Source of the DNA: an uncultured Chloroflexia bacterium
GTDB lineage: Bacteria > Chloroflexota > Limnocylindria > Limnocylindrales > CSP1-4
Direction of reading: 5' to 3'
DNA length: 64,000 bases
Assembly: GCA_963720755.1 (NCBI GenBank)
Contig: CAVRGP010000008.1
Span: forward strand, 40,721-104,720
Each line of letters begins with the position of its first letter. The first letter of the stretch is position 1. Of the stretch, positions 1-10,675 are shown one piece after another. The position numbers and the translations under genes are program-made. Under the pieces are notes generated by a model. It was not told the origin of the DNA, made no database searches, and worked only from the letters and a program-made list of their open reading frames with translations.

Positions 1-1475
1 CGGGCCGCCAGCCCGCCATCGATGACGCCGTCCTCGGTGACGATCCCGGCCAGGAACATCTCGGCGACGACCTCGATGATCCCCGATCCGCAGATCCCGC
101 TGATCCCGGTCTCGGCGATGCCATCGGCGAAGCCCGGCTCGTCGGACCAGGCGTCGACGCCGATGACCCGGAACCGCGGCTCCAGCGTCGCCGGGTCGAT
201 CCGGACGCGCTCGATGGCACCCGGGGCCGCTCGCTGCCCGCCGCTGATCTGGGCCCCCTCGAAGGCCGGCCCGGTCGGGCTGGACGCGGCAAGCAGGCGC
301 CGCTTGTCCCCCAGCACGATCTCGGCGTTCGTGCCGACGTCGACGACGAGCGTCATCCGATCGGCTCGATGGGGCTCCTCGGCCAGGATCACTCCGGCGG
401 TATCGGCGCCGACGTGGCCGGCGATGCAGGGGAGGACGTAGACACGCGCGCCCGGATTGGCCCGCAGGCCGAGTTCCGCGGCGGTCGTCCGGACCGCTCG
501 GTCGGTGGCCAGCGCGAACGGCGCGCCGCCGAGTGGCGTCGGGTCGATACCCAGGAGGAGGTGATGCATGATCGGATTGCCAACGATCGCCAGCTCGAGG
601 ATCTCGACCCGCTTGATCCCGGCCCGCATCGCCAACGAGGCGATCAGCCCATCGAGGGCCTTGCGAACCGCGGTCGTCATCTCGCCGGCACCCTCGGGAT
701 GCATCATCGCGTACGAGACCCGGCTCATCAGATCCTCACCGAACCGGATCTGCGGGTTCATCACGCCATTGCTCGCGAGGACGGCCCCATCGGCGAGATC
801 GGTGAGGTGGCCGGCGATCGTGGTCGAGCCGACGTCGATGGCTACCCCGTAGGCCTTCTCATGGAGTCCCGGCCAGACCGCGATGACGTTCCGGCCCTCG
901 TGGACGGCGACCGTGACCCTGTACGATCCGGCGTTGAGCGCGGGCTGGAGCGCCCGGATGACGCCGAGGTCCGCCTCGAGGCCGGTCAGCTGCCACTCTC
1001 GCTCAAGGGCCTCGAACAGCCTGGCCAGATCGCCGGATGGCGATGCGAGTTCCGGCGGCGTCACCTCGACGTAGTGCAGGCGGACGACCGGATCGACCGT
1101 GAACGTGCGCACGTCCAGGCCCTTGCGCACGACCTGGCGGTGGACCTGGCTCTCGGGTGGGACGTCGATGAGGACATCGCCGCAAACCGTCGCGGTACAG
1201 GACAACCGTCGGTCCCTGGCGAGGCCCTTGTCCGCCCGGTAGGCCGACTCCAGGTCCGTGAACGCCGACAGGTGGCCCACCTCGGAAACGATGCCGTGCT
1301 TCGGGAACTCGCCGAGCCCCTGGCTGACCTGGCACCGGCCGCAGATACCGCGGCCGCCGCACACGGAATCGATATCGACGCCGAGCGAGCGGGCCGCGTC
1401 CAGGACCGTGGTGCCCACGTCGAACCGGCCACGCCGGCCGGACGGGGTGAAGATGACGAGCGCTTCGTCGGGCAC
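1..1475 (-). CDS. ASKHA-type ATP-dependent reductive activator of corrinoid proteins (RACo/RamA-like, N-terminal 2Fe-2S domain); runs off the window edge
   Basis: Missing from the ORF track because it is open-ended. Manual translation from GTG 1475 gives VPDEALVIFTPSGRRG...SVCGGRGICGRC...RLSC (2Fe-2S), AIDVGSTT, MNPQIRFGEDLMSR, VDVGTNAE, GPAFEGAQI, GICGSG. Confidence 0.92.
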   Translation of the reverse strand, partial: MPDEALVIFTPSGRRGRFDVGTTVLDAARSLGVDIDSVCGGRGICGRCQVSQGLGEFPKHGIVSEVGHLSAFTDLESAYRADKGLARDRRLSCTATVCGDVLIDVPPESQVHRQVVRKGLDVRTFTVDPVVRLHYVEVTPPELASPSGDLARLFEALEREWQLTGLEADLGVIRALQPALNAGSYRVTVAVHEGRNVIAVWPGLHEKAYGVAIDVGSTTIAGHLTDLADGAVLASNGVMNPQIRFGEDLMSRVSYAMMHPEGAGEMTTAVRKALDGLIASLAMRAGIKRVEILELAIVGNPIMHHLLLGIDPTPLGGAPFALATDRAVRTTAAELGLRANPGARVYVLPCIAGHVGADTAGVILAEEPHRADRMTLVVDVGTNAEIVLGDKRRLLAASSPTGPAFEGAQISGGQRAAPGAIERVRIDPATLEPRFRVIGVDAWSDEPGFADGIAETGISGICGSGIIEVVAEMFLAGIVTEDGVIDGGLAA

Positions 1476-1487
1476 CGATGTGGCCCG

Positions 1488-2390
1488 CTAGCCGATCGGG
1501 ACGGCGCGTCGATTGACCCGCCGGCGACTGACCTCACCTTCGGGCGTCGGCGTCCGGTGGGCCGTGATCCAGCGCCCGCAATCGGGGTCGTGGCCCATCA
1601 GGACGTCGGCCGCCATGACCGCCTCCTTGACATCGGCCATCAGCGGGTTGGTGATCGCCGACGTCATCCCCGCGGCGATCGCCATCGGCAGGAACGCCCC
1701 GTTGATCCGTTCGCGGTCGGGCAGGCCGAAGCTGACGTTCGAGGCGCCGCAGGTCGTGTTGACCTTGAGCTCCTCCCGCAAACGCCGGACCAGCGCGAAC
1801 ACCTGCTGGCCCGCCTGGGCGAGGGCCCCGATGGGCATGACCAGCGGGTCGACGACGATGTCCGACGCGGGGATGCCGTGATCCGCCGCCCGTTCCACGA
1901 TCCGCTTGGCGACGGCGAACCGGACGTCCGGGTCCATGCTGATCCCGGTGTCGTCGTTGCTGATGGCGACGACGGCCGCGCCGTACTTGCGGACGAGCGG
2001 GAGGACCCGCTCCAGGCGTTCCTCCTCACCGGTCACCGAGTTGAGGAGGGGCTTGCCCTGGTAGACCTGCAGGCCGGCCTCGAGCGCCTCGACGATCGAC
2101 GAGTCGATCGACAGCGGCAGGTCGGTCAAGCTCTGCACGAGTTGGATGGTCCGGGCGAGGATCGCCGGCTCATCGGCCAGCGGGATGCCGGCATTGACGT
2201 CGAGCATGTGGGCTCCGGCTTCCACCTGGGCAAGGACGTCACGCTCGACCCGGCTGAAATCCCCGGCCTTCATCTCCTCGGCGAGGAGCTTGCGACCGGT
2301 CGGGTTGATCCGCTCGCCGATGATCACGAACGGGCGGTCGAACCCGATGGCGACCTCGCGCGTGGCGGAGGAGAGGACGGTATCGGTCAT
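1488..2390 (-). CDS. Pterin-binding methyltetrahydrofolate:corrinoid methyltransferase (stand-alone MetH folate domain / AcsE-like)
   Basis: IIGERINPTGRK, LDVNAG, LSIDSS, LNSVTGE, VDPLV, GASNVSFGLP. Confidence 0.92.
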   Translation of the reverse strand: MTDTVLSSATREVAIGFDRPFVIIGERINPTGRKLLAEEMKAGDFSRVERDVLAQVEAGAHMLDVNAGIPLADEPAILARTIQLVQSLTDLPLSIDSSIVEALEAGLQVYQGKPLLNSVTGEEERLERVLPLVRKYGAAVVAISNDDTGISMDPDVRFAVAKRIVERAADHGIPASDIVVDPLVMPIGALAQAGQQVFALVRRLREELKVNTTCGASNVSFGLPDRERINGAFLPMAIAAGMTSAITNPLMADVKEAVMAADVLMGHDPDCGRWITAHRTPTPEGEVSRRRVNRRAVPIG

Positions 2391-2728
2391 GTCGCGGAGG
2401 TCTCCGATGTCGTGGCCGGCGGCAGGACCGGTCCGCCGGCGACACCGCCGGTCTGGATCAGTTCCGCCAGGTGGTGCTTGGCGTAGTCGGTCTCGAGGCG
2501 TTCCGCCTCGGCCCGGACCTCGGCCTCGATGTCCTCACCGCACGGTCGATGGGTCTTGCGCCATTCCTCGATGTAGCTGTTGTACTCACGTTTCCCGGCC
2601 CGGTTGGCCGCCTTGTCGATGGCGACCTGGAACCGGGGGTGCAGGACGATCTTGCTCGACCGGCGACCATCCTTGCCCACGACCTGGGCCGGGATGTCAC
2701 GCCACCAGATGATCGACAGGGTGGCCAT
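2387..2728 (-). CDS. Small 'Virulence_fact'-type domain protein associated with corrinoid/MTHFR clusters
   Basis: WRDIPAQV...RFQVAIDKAA...Y.EEWR pattern; translationally coupled to neighbours. Confidence 0.75.
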   Translation of the reverse strand: MATLSIIWWRDIPAQVVGKDGRRSSKIVLHPRFQVAIDKAANRAGKREYNSYIEEWRKTHRPCGEDIEAEVRAEAERLETDYAKHHLAELIQTGGVAGGPVLPPATTSETSAT

Positions 2729-2729
2729 G

Positions 2730-3314
2730 TCAGGCGACCTCGGCTGCGGCGACGATGGATGACTCGAGCTCGCCGTATCCGGTCCTTCGATGCTCGAAGG
2801 CCAGGCCGAGGCGCCGTGCGGCGCGACGTGCGGCCACGACGAGCCCCGGATCGTCGGTCTGGGCGAGGTAGACGAGCCGGTGATAGTTCCCGAAGTAGAC
2901 CGGCAGCAGTTCCGGGTGCCGGTCGAGCCCGAGTCCGCGGATGACCAGCCGGTCGAAGTTCCGGGCCAGGAAATCGGTCAGGAAGAAGGTCGCCGGATCG
3001 TCGTCGGCGATCGCGTCGAAAGCGGACTTCCCGGCGTAGAACTGGTAGCAGTGGGCCCCTGGCAGTCGCTCGACGCCCTCCGCGGCCAGCATCACATCGA
3101 GCAGGCCGCCGGTCCCACAATCCGCGTAGGCGACGAAGATGTGCTCGTAGGCCGGTCGTGCCTCGTGGATCCTGGCCCGCACGAGCGCCGGGATCCCGCC
3201 GGGCCGGTTGTGGAGGGTGGCCGGCAGGCAGGTCAGATCGACGTTGTCCAGGCCGGCCTGATCGATGACGGCAACGAGTTCATTGGCCAGGGCGCCGCAG
3301 CCGATGATCAGCAC
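2730..3314 (-). CDS. DUF1638 family protein
   Basis: IIGCGALA, LPATLHNRP, YADCGTGG, GAHCY, FFLTDFL; start uncertain (GTG 3314 assumed). Confidence 0.85.
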   Translation of the reverse strand: MLIIGCGALANELVAVIDQAGLDNVDLTCLPATLHNRPGGIPALVRARIHEARPAYEHIFVAYADCGTGGLLDVMLAAEGVERLPGAHCYQFYAGKSAFDAIADDDPATFFLTDFLARNFDRLVIRGLGLDRHPELLPVYFGNYHRLVYLAQTDDPGLVVAARRAARRLGLAFEHRRTGYGELESSIVAAAEVA

Positions 3315-3366
3315 CCGCGAGGGATCCGGCGGGCTCGAGGCGCGAGCGGTCGGAGAATAGGCTCGC

Positions 3367-4068
<702 letters not shown>

Positions 4069-4086
4069 CGCTGCCTTCTCCTGGAG

Positions 4087-4105
4087 GGTTCCACGATGTG
4101 GAACC
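4087..4105. promoter_or_regulatory. Putative IclR-family operator between divergent genes
   Basis: Perfect inverted repeat GGTTCCAC-gat-GTGGAACC, with a degenerate copy directly after it (4106-4122). Confidence 0.7.
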
Positions 4106-4157
4106 GTACCGTATGATGGAACTCCCTGAGGGGCGAATCTAGACCACACGAGGCACG

Positions 4158-4910
4158 ATGTCCAGAGTCCAGTCCATCGAGCGGGCCTTTGCCGTCCTCG
4201 GCGCTCTTGCCGATGGACCGATCGGTGTGACTGACCTGGCGGACCGGGTCGGCCTTCCCAAGTCGACGGCCGCTCGATTGCTCGCCTCGTTGGGCCATGA
4301 AGGCGTCGTCGAGCAGGTCCCAGGGGACACGCGCTACCGCCTTGGCCCGCGTCTGGTCACCCTCGCCGCCCGGATCCGCCCGGCGCGCTCGTTGGCCGCC
4401 CTCGCCCGGCCTTCACTCGAGGAGCTCGCCGTCGCCACGGGGGAGGCCGCGGGGCTCAGCGTCGCCGACGGGCTGATGGTCCACTACATCGATCAAGTGG
4501 GCGGTCGCAACCCGGTCTCCGTGCGGGACTGGACCGGCTCGAGGATCCCGCTGCACGCCGTCCCGTCCGGCCAGGTCCTGCTCGCCCACGCCCGGCCGGC
4601 GTTCGTCCAGCGGTATCTCGGCCGGCCGATGGAGCGGTTCACGGACCGGACGCTGACGACGGCCGAGGCGCTGCTCGAGCGGATGCGAGCGATCCGACGC
4701 GACGGCTTCGCGTGGGCGCTCGAGGAATTCGACGAAGGGATCGCGTCCGTCGCGGCGCCGGTCGCCGATGGCTCCGGTGAGGTCGTGGCGGCCATCCATC
4801 TGCACGGCCCGTCGTACCGGTTCCCATCGGCCGGGATGGAGGCCGAGCTCGCGAGTCAGGTCGTCGCCGCAGCGGCGAACATCGCCGGGAACCTGCGCCA
4901 GACGGGCTGA
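4158..4910 (+). CDS. IclR family transcriptional regulator
   Basis: VQSIERAFAVL HTH, GLPKSTAARLL, C-terminal effector domain ending SVAAPV...GPSYRF. Confidence 0.95.
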   Translation: MSRVQSIERAFAVLGALADGPIGVTDLADRVGLPKSTAARLLASLGHEGVVEQVPGDTRYRLGPRLVTLAARIRPARSLAALARPSLEELAVATGEAAGLSVADGLMVHYIDQVGGRNPVSVRDWTGSRIPLHAVPSGQVLLAHARPAFVQRYLGRPMERFTDRTLTTAEALLERMRAIRRDGFAWALEEFDEGIASVAAPVADGSGEVVAAIHLHGPSYRFPSAGMEAELASQVVAAAANIAGNLRQTG

Positions 4911-5054
4911 GACCGGCCGGGACGTCACACGACGGTCATCGACGGTTCACGGAATGGTCACGCCATCGACATCCCCACGAGACCGTCAGTCGCGAGTCTG
5001 GACGGCAGGTCGGGATGGACCCGACCGGACGCGACAGACCCGGAGGACCCGCCC

Positions 5055-6191
5055 ATGCGACGACGATCCACTCTTCTCACGCTTGGAGCCAGCGCGCTCC
5101 TTGCGATCAGCGCGACCGGCTCGGTGTCGGCTGCGGGAGCCTCAGCCCCGAGCGGTCCCGCAGGCCGCCCCGGGACCGTGTACACACTCTCCAACCTTGC
5201 CGGCGGCAACGCAGTCATCGCCTTCGACCGCGGGGGCGACGGGGCATTGACCCCCGTTGCGACCTATCCGACCGGGGGCCTCGGTGGGGGCAGTGGGCTT
5301 GGCTCGCAGGGCGCCGTGGTCCTCAGCGACGATGGCCGCCTGCTGCTTGCGGTCGATGCCGGGAGCGACGAGATCACGTCGTTCCGGGTCACCCGCGACG
5401 GCTCGCTCCAGTGGGCCGATCGCGTCCCCTCGGGCGGCGACCATCCGATCAGCGTCACGATCCACCACCGGCTCGTCTACATCCTCGACGACGGCGGCGC
5501 CGGCAACATCGCCGGCTTCCGGATCGATCGGCGCGGGCATCTCGACGCGATCCCCGGATCGTCTCGTCCGCTCAGCGGGGCCGGTACCGGGCCCGCCCAG
5601 ATCGAGTTCACCCCCCAGGGTGATGCGCTCGTCGTCACCGAGAAGGCGACCAACCAGGTCCTGGCCTACCGCGTGGGTCGTGATGGGACCACGGTCGGTC
5701 CCTCGGTCGTGGCATCCGCCGGCGCGACGCCGTTCGGGTTCGCGTTCGACCGAGCGGGCCACGCGATCGTGTCCGAGGCGACCGGCGGGGCTCCGGGTGC
5801 GAGCACCGTGACGTCCTACGGGATCTCCGGGCGAGCCGCCATCCGGGTCGTCGACGGGCCGCTCGCGACCGGTCAGGGTGCAGCATGCTGGGTGGCGACG
5901 ACGCCGAACGGCCGGTTCGCCTACGTCGCCAACACCGGGAGCGCCACGGTCACCGGACTGGCCGTTCGCGGCAACGGGCATCTGGAACTGCTCGACGCCG
6001 ATGGGGCGACCGGGCAGACCGGCGCCGGCCCGACCGACCTGGCAACGACCGCCAACGGGGCGTTCCTGTACGTCCTCAATGGTGCCGGTGACTCGATCAG
6101 CGCGTTCCGGATCGCCGCCGACGGCAGCCTCGGCTCGCTTCCGGGCGTGACCGGATTGCCGGCCCCCGGGGTCGGGCTCGCCGTGCGCTGA
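5055..6191 (+). CDS. Secreted lactonase-family 7-bladed beta-propeller protein
   Basis: Signal peptide; repeated blades (SGGDHPISV, GPAQIEFTP, ACWVATTPNGRFAYVAN). Confidence 0.85.
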   Translation: MRRRSTLLTLGASALLAISATGSVSAAGASAPSGPAGRPGTVYTLSNLAGGNAVIAFDRGGDGALTPVATYPTGGLGGGSGLGSQGAVVLSDDGRLLLAVDAGSDEITSFRVTRDGSLQWADRVPSGGDHPISVTIHHRLVYILDDGGAGNIAGFRIDRRGHLDAIPGSSRPLSGAGTGPAQIEFTPQGDALVVTEKATNQVLAYRVGRDGTTVGPSVVASAGATPFGFAFDRAGHAIVSEATGGAPGASTVTSYGISGRAAIRVVDGPLATGQGAACWVATTPNGRFAYVANTGSATVTGLAVRGNGHLELLDADGATGQTGAGPTDLATTANGAFLYVLNGAGDSISAFRIAADGSLGSLPGVTGLPAPGVGLAVR

Positions 6192-6213
6192 CCGTCGGTC
6201 TCCTCTCCCTCAC

Positions 6214-6243
6214 CCGGAAGCCCGGCCAGTGCCGGGCTTCCGG
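6214..6243 (+). terminator. Hairpin, probable terminator
   Basis: CCGGAAGCCCGGC-cagt-GCCGGGCTTCCGG, 13-bp stem after the stop codon; no U-tract. Confidence 0.55.
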
Positions 6244-6360
6244 CCATCCATCGCGCCCGCGCGAGTCCGACCATCGGTTGGACCGCCGGCCGGGCCGCAT
6301 CCTTGACGCCCGGTCGCCGGTCGGGGCAAGCTCGGCCTCGAAGTCAGCAGCGAGGTTCCC

Positions 6361-7830
6361 GTGCCCAGTCTGTTCATCGATGGTTCCTGGATCGCCTCGG
6401 GCGACGGCACGTGCAGCCCGGTCGTCAACCCGTCGGACGCCACGGTCGTCACCGAGGTGGACGTCGCCACGGACGACCAGGTCCGAGGGGCGATCGGTGC
6501 CGCTCGGCGCGCGTTCGACGACGGTGACTGGCCGCGACGGCCGGCCGCGGAACGGGGCGCTCTCCTGGATCGTGTCGCCGGGCTGATCGACCGGGATCTC
6601 GAGGAGATGGCCCGGCTCGAGACCCTGAACACCGGCAAGGCGATGCGCGAGAGCCGCTGGGACATGAGCGATGTCGCGCGTGTGTTCCGCTACTACGCCG
6701 ACCTCGCCGACAAGGATGCGGGTCGCCTGGTGGACACCGGCTCCCCGAACGCCATCAGTCGCATCGTCCACGAGCCGGTCGGTGTGTGCGCTCTGATCGG
6801 GCCATGGAACTACCCACTGCTCCAGATGAGCTGGAAGATCGCGCCGGCGCTGGCGGCCGGCAATACCGCGGTCATGAAGCCCGCCCAGCTCACACCGCTG
6901 ACCACGATCCACCTGACGCGCCTCCTCGAGGAGGCCGGTATCCCCGCGGGCGTGGTCAACCTCGTCCTGGGTCCGGGCGGCCGGGTCGGCCAGGCGCTGG
7001 CCGACAGCCCGGACGTCGACCTGATCTCACTCACCGGTGGACTCGAGGCGGGCCGCGCCCTGCTGCACGCCTCCACCGTCAACCTCAAGCGTGTGGCGCT
7101 CGAGATGGGCGGCAAGAGCCCGAACATCGTGTTCGACGACGCCGACTTCGAGACCGCAGTGGACAACGCCTTGACGGCGGCCTTCACCCACTCCGGCCAG
7201 GTCTGCTCGGCCGGCTGCCGGGCGATCGTCCAGGACACGATCTACGATCGGTTCGTCGAGGCGGTCGCGGAACGAGCCGACCGGATCCGACTCGGCGTCG
7301 GGCTCGACGACGCGACCGAAACCGGCGCACTGATCTCAGCCGACCATCGGGCCAAGGTCGAGGCCCATGTCGCCGGTGCGCTTGCGGAGGGTGCCCGGCT
7401 GGTGGCCGGAGGTCGTCGTCCGGATGAACCTGAGCTCCAGGCCGGCTACTTCTACCGTCCGACCGTGTTCGCCGACGTCTCGGCCGACATGCGGATCATC
7501 CGGGAGGAGGTCTTCGGCCCGGTCCTGACGATCGAACGGTTCACGACGGAGGACGAGGCGATCGCCCTGGGCAACGACACGACCTACGGGCTGGCCGGCG
7601 CCGTCTGGACCGCCGATGCCGGTCGCGCCGAGCGAGTGGCCGCCCGCCTGCGCCATGGCACGGTCTGGATCAACGACTACAACACGTATCTCCCGCAGGC
7701 CGAGTGGGGCGGCTACAAGCAGTCCGGGATCGGCCGGGAGTTGGGTCCTTCCGGGCTCGACGAGTACCGCGAGGCGAAGCACATCTGGCGGAACACCTCG
7801 CCAGGGCCGACCGGCTGGTTCGGCGGCTGA
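6361..7830 (+). CDS. Aldehyde dehydrogenase, betaine-aldehyde dehydrogenase-like
   Basis: PWNYP, LEMGGKSP, GQVCSAG catalytic Cys, EEVFGP, WGGYKQSGIGRELG. Confidence 0.93.
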   Translation: MPSLFIDGSWIASGDGTCSPVVNPSDATVVTEVDVATDDQVRGAIGAARRAFDDGDWPRRPAAERGALLDRVAGLIDRDLEEMARLETLNTGKAMRESRWDMSDVARVFRYYADLADKDAGRLVDTGSPNAISRIVHEPVGVCALIGPWNYPLLQMSWKIAPALAAGNTAVMKPAQLTPLTTIHLTRLLEEAGIPAGVVNLVLGPGGRVGQALADSPDVDLISLTGGLEAGRALLHASTVNLKRVALEMGGKSPNIVFDDADFETAVDNALTAAFTHSGQVCSAGCRAIVQDTIYDRFVEAVAERADRIRLGVGLDDATETGALISADHRAKVEAHVAGALAEGARLVAGGRRPDEPELQAGYFYRPTVFADVSADMRIIREEVFGPVLTIERFTTEDEAIALGNDTTYGLAGAVWTADAGRAERVAARLRHGTVWINDYNTYLPQAEWGGYKQSGIGRELGPSGLDEYREAKHIWRNTSPGPTGWFGG

Positions 7831-7854
7831 CCGCGGGGAGCGGAGCCTGACGTA

Positions 7855-7887
7855 GAACGGCGCCCCGGGGGACCCGAGGCGCCGTTC
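7855..7887. terminator. Hairpin between convergent genes
   Basis: GAACGGCGCC...GGCGCCGTTC inverted repeat. Confidence 0.55.
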
Positions 7888-7908
7888 CGGTTACCAGCGT
7901 GACCGGCG

Positions 7909-9705
7909 CTACTCGGCCGGGATCTCCGAGTGGATGGCATCCAGGTCGACGCCCTGGGAGCGCCGATAGAGCCGCGCGACGACATACAGGATGGCCGCCG
8001 CGCCGTAGACCACGCCCAGGAAGATGATCGAGTTGGCGTTCCCAACCCCGATCCCGTAGAGCGGATCCGACAACCACAGGTAGATGACCCAGGCGAGGAT
8101 GATCGAGGTGATCAAGCCTGCCCCGCTGATGACCACCTTCAGGTGGGCGACCGGCGAGTTGTCGAAGATCGCCGGCTTGTGCCACGGGAGGATCGTCGCA
8201 GCCACGGTGCTGCCCAGGAACGTGACGGCGATGACCAGCGTCGCGTCCAGGGTCAACGCAGCGAAGTCCGTCGAATAAGCGTAGATCGCGCTGACGATGA
8301 TCGACGGGATCATGATGAAGAGCAAAGCGATGATCGGGACGGCGCGGCGTTCCGAGACGCGGGCGGCACTCTCGGGCAGGATCCGATCGAATGCCGCCGC
8401 GAAGATCATCCGGGTGGATGACAGGAACAGCGTCCCGGACCAGCCCAGGAACCAGACCGCGAACAGGACGATCATCCCCATCTGGAACAGTGTGTTGTCG
8501 ATGAGATACGAGGCGAGGAGCGGCGGGTAACTCCAGATCGGGACCGTCGGATCGGTCGTCGTGTAGCCGTAGAACCAGTCGATGAAGTTGACGTTCGTGG
8601 CGTTGAAGAACAGCCAGCCGAACGTATTGGCGGCGAGGAGCACGAAGACGATGGCCAGGCCGGCCGTGACCCAGATGCCACCGAGCATGCCGCGCAGGAC
8701 CTTGCGGAAGTCGCCGGAACCGCGGACTTCGCCGTACAGGGTCGATCCCCAGTTCGGATAGAGGATCCAGAACAGCATGAACGGGATCATGGCGAGGGTG
8801 GCTGTGAGCGTCGCACCGAGATCGTCACCGAGCGCCAGCGGGTCGAGCGAGCCGGTGAAGCCATCGTTCGCCGCGGCGTCCGCGATCGTCTGGCTGTAGG
8901 CCCCGGAGACCCCGAACAGCGAGTTCGAGGCACGATCGAATGCAGCCTGGAAGTCAGCTTGCGACGAGATGAGCATGAGGGCGAACATGATGGCCAGCCC
9001 GATCAGCCCGGCGTACAGGCACCAGCGCTGGATCCGGGCGTACCCGGCCATGCCCAGGGCGACCAGGCCCGACGTCAGGACGATGACGATGATCGATACC
9101 GTCAGGGTGCCTTCGGGGGTCGCGAAGAAGTTGACCCCGTCCGTGGACCCGAGCAGGGCCGCCAGGGGCTGGAAGAACTCGATCTTGAGGATCGCGCCGT
9201 AGATCGGCGCCCACAGCGCGAGGATGAACCACCATCCGCTGGCGGCGAGGACGAAACCGATCCCGCCCTTCAGCCGGCCGATGAATCCACCGACGATGAG
9301 CCCGAGCACCCCCGCCCCGAGCGCGACGGTGCTGTCGAGCCCGACCGCCTGGGCGACCAGGTAGCCGGCGACCGCGCCGACGATGGCGCCGACCGCGGTG
9401 CCGGGCAGCCCGTCGAGAACGCGGCTCTGCCAGATGTAGTCGCCGCCGGCGCGCGGCATGGCCGCGATGAGGCCGGAATAGGCGACCGCCAGGAAGGTCA
9501 CGGCGATCGCCGCGAGGACGATCGAGAGCACCGGCGACGCATCCGGGACGTAGGCGAAGACCGCCAGGCTGTAGAACATGCCCAGCGTGACGAGGTTGAC
9601 GGACATGAACGAGTACGTGAACGCGTCGAAGCCGGACCAGCCCTTGACCAGTCCGGTTGCGTTCCTCAGGAACAGTGATGGCGCCGAAGCCGATTGCGAG
9701 GCCAT
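7909..9705 (-). CDS. APC-superfamily amino acid/polyamine permease
   Basis: FLRNATGLVK, MPRAGGDY, about 14 hydrophobic segments, R.IFAAAFDRILP, C-terminal EIPAE. Confidence 0.9.
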   Translation of the reverse strand: MASQSASAPSLFLRNATGLVKGWSGFDAFTYSFMSVNLVTLGMFYSLAVFAYVPDASPVLSIVLAAIAVTFLAVAYSGLIAAMPRAGGDYIWQSRVLDGLPGTAVGAIVGAVAGYLVAQAVGLDSTVALGAGVLGLIVGGFIGRLKGGIGFVLAASGWWFILALWAPIYGAILKIEFFQPLAALLGSTDGVNFFATPEGTLTVSIIVIVLTSGLVALGMAGYARIQRWCLYAGLIGLAIMFALMLISSQADFQAAFDRASNSLFGVSGAYSQTIADAAANDGFTGSLDPLALGDDLGATLTATLAMIPFMLFWILYPNWGSTLYGEVRGSGDFRKVLRGMLGGIWVTAGLAIVFVLLAANTFGWLFFNATNVNFIDWFYGYTTTDPTVPIWSYPPLLASYLIDNTLFQMGMIVLFAVWFLGWSGTLFLSSTRMIFAAAFDRILPESAARVSERRAVPIIALLFIMIPSIIVSAIYAYSTDFAALTLDATLVIAVTFLGSTVAATILPWHKPAIFDNSPVAHLKVVISGAGLITSIILAWVIYLWLSDPLYGIGVGNANSIIFLGVVYGAAAILYVVARLYRRSQGVDLDAIHSEIPAE

Positions 9706-9736
9706 GCTTCCCTCCTCACCCCCAAGTCCGTGGTCC

Positions 9737-10675
9737 TTAGCCGTTGATCAGCAGATAGCGCTTCACCTCGCCTTTCTTGACATCGAGATCGACGATCGCA
9801 GCCTGGAGTACGCCGTCCTCGTACGAACTGCCGGGGTTCACCGCCAGGGTCCGGCCGAGCTTGACCGCTCCCTTGCCTTCATGGATGTGGCCGTGCAGCG
9901 AAAGCGGCGGCCCGTACGCCAGGATGGACTCGCGTACGGCGCGTGATCCCACCGGGATGAGCGCCTGGCCGCCGGACACGTAGTTCATGTCGGCATCGAG
10001 CTTCGGGGCGCTGTCGAGGTTCGAGCCGTAGGGCGGGGCGTGGAAGTTGAAGATCGCCCGGTGGGGATCGGCGGCCTGGCTCACCAGCCCGTCGATCCGC
10101 TCCCGAAGTTCGGGTTCGGGCAGCTCCCGGAACGTGTTCCAGGGCGTCGGGTTGGCGTAGCCGGTCGAGACGAGGGTGAACCCATCCAGCTCGATGGTGT
10201 TTCCCTCGCCCAGCTCCAGATGTCTCGCCTGCTCGATGATCGGATCCAGTTCGAAGATGTCGTCATTCGCCGGCGAGACGATGCAGCGGATGCCGGTCCC
10301 GGTCAGTCGCTCATCGCCGAGCGCCATCCAGCGCTCGACGTTGGCCAGCATCTCCGACTTGAACCGGGTATCGACGAGATCCGCATCTGCCGACCAGGCG
10401 TCCACCTCGTCGCGGGTCAACCGGACCGGGTAGTAGCCCCGATCGCTGATCCGCTTCTCCATCGCCCGCAGCTCGTCGTCCGTGGTCAGGACGTAGGACT
10501 GGCCCTGCAACTCCAGTTCCCAGTCCGAGCCGTTTGCGACGATGGGGACCATGGCCTTGCCGGTCATGTCGCCGCCCATGATCAGGACGTCCGCCTTGTG
10601 GAACTTGCCGGCGTTGATGAACTTGCGCCAGCAGATCTCGGAACCGTGGATATCGGTGGCGAAGAAGATCCTCAC
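9737..10675 (-). CDS. Calcineurin-like metallophosphoesterase (Icc-related)
   Basis: TDIHGS, GGDMTGK, PAND, FHAPP, HGHIHE, NPGS; GTG start overlaps the upstream TGA. Confidence 0.9.
   Translation of the reverse strand: MRIFFATDIHGSEICWRKFINAGKFHKADVLIMGGDMTGKAMVPIVANGSDWELELQGQSYVLTTDDELRAMEKRISDRGYYPVRLTRDEVDAWSADADLVDTRFKSEMLANVERWMALGDERLTGTGIRCIVSPANDDIFELDPIIEQARHLELGEGNTIELDGFTLVSTGYANPTPWNTFRELPEPELRERIDGLVSQAADPHRAIFNFHAPPYGSNLDSAPKLDADMNYVSGGQALIPVGSRAVRESILAYGPPLSLHGHIHEGKGAVKLGRTLAVNPGSSYEDGVLQAAIVDLDVKKGEVKRYLLING

Noticed and set aside
369-2486. 705-aa plus-strand ORF, and similar long ORFs such as 13833-15707, 29119-30765, 54911-57052 and 57451-59106
   Set aside because: Antisense shadows of motif-bearing genes, expected at this GC content
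4069-4157. Cobalamin or SAM riboswitch ahead of the corrinoid operon
   Set aside because: The gap is only 89 bp and no consensus is seen; it holds an operator palindrome instead
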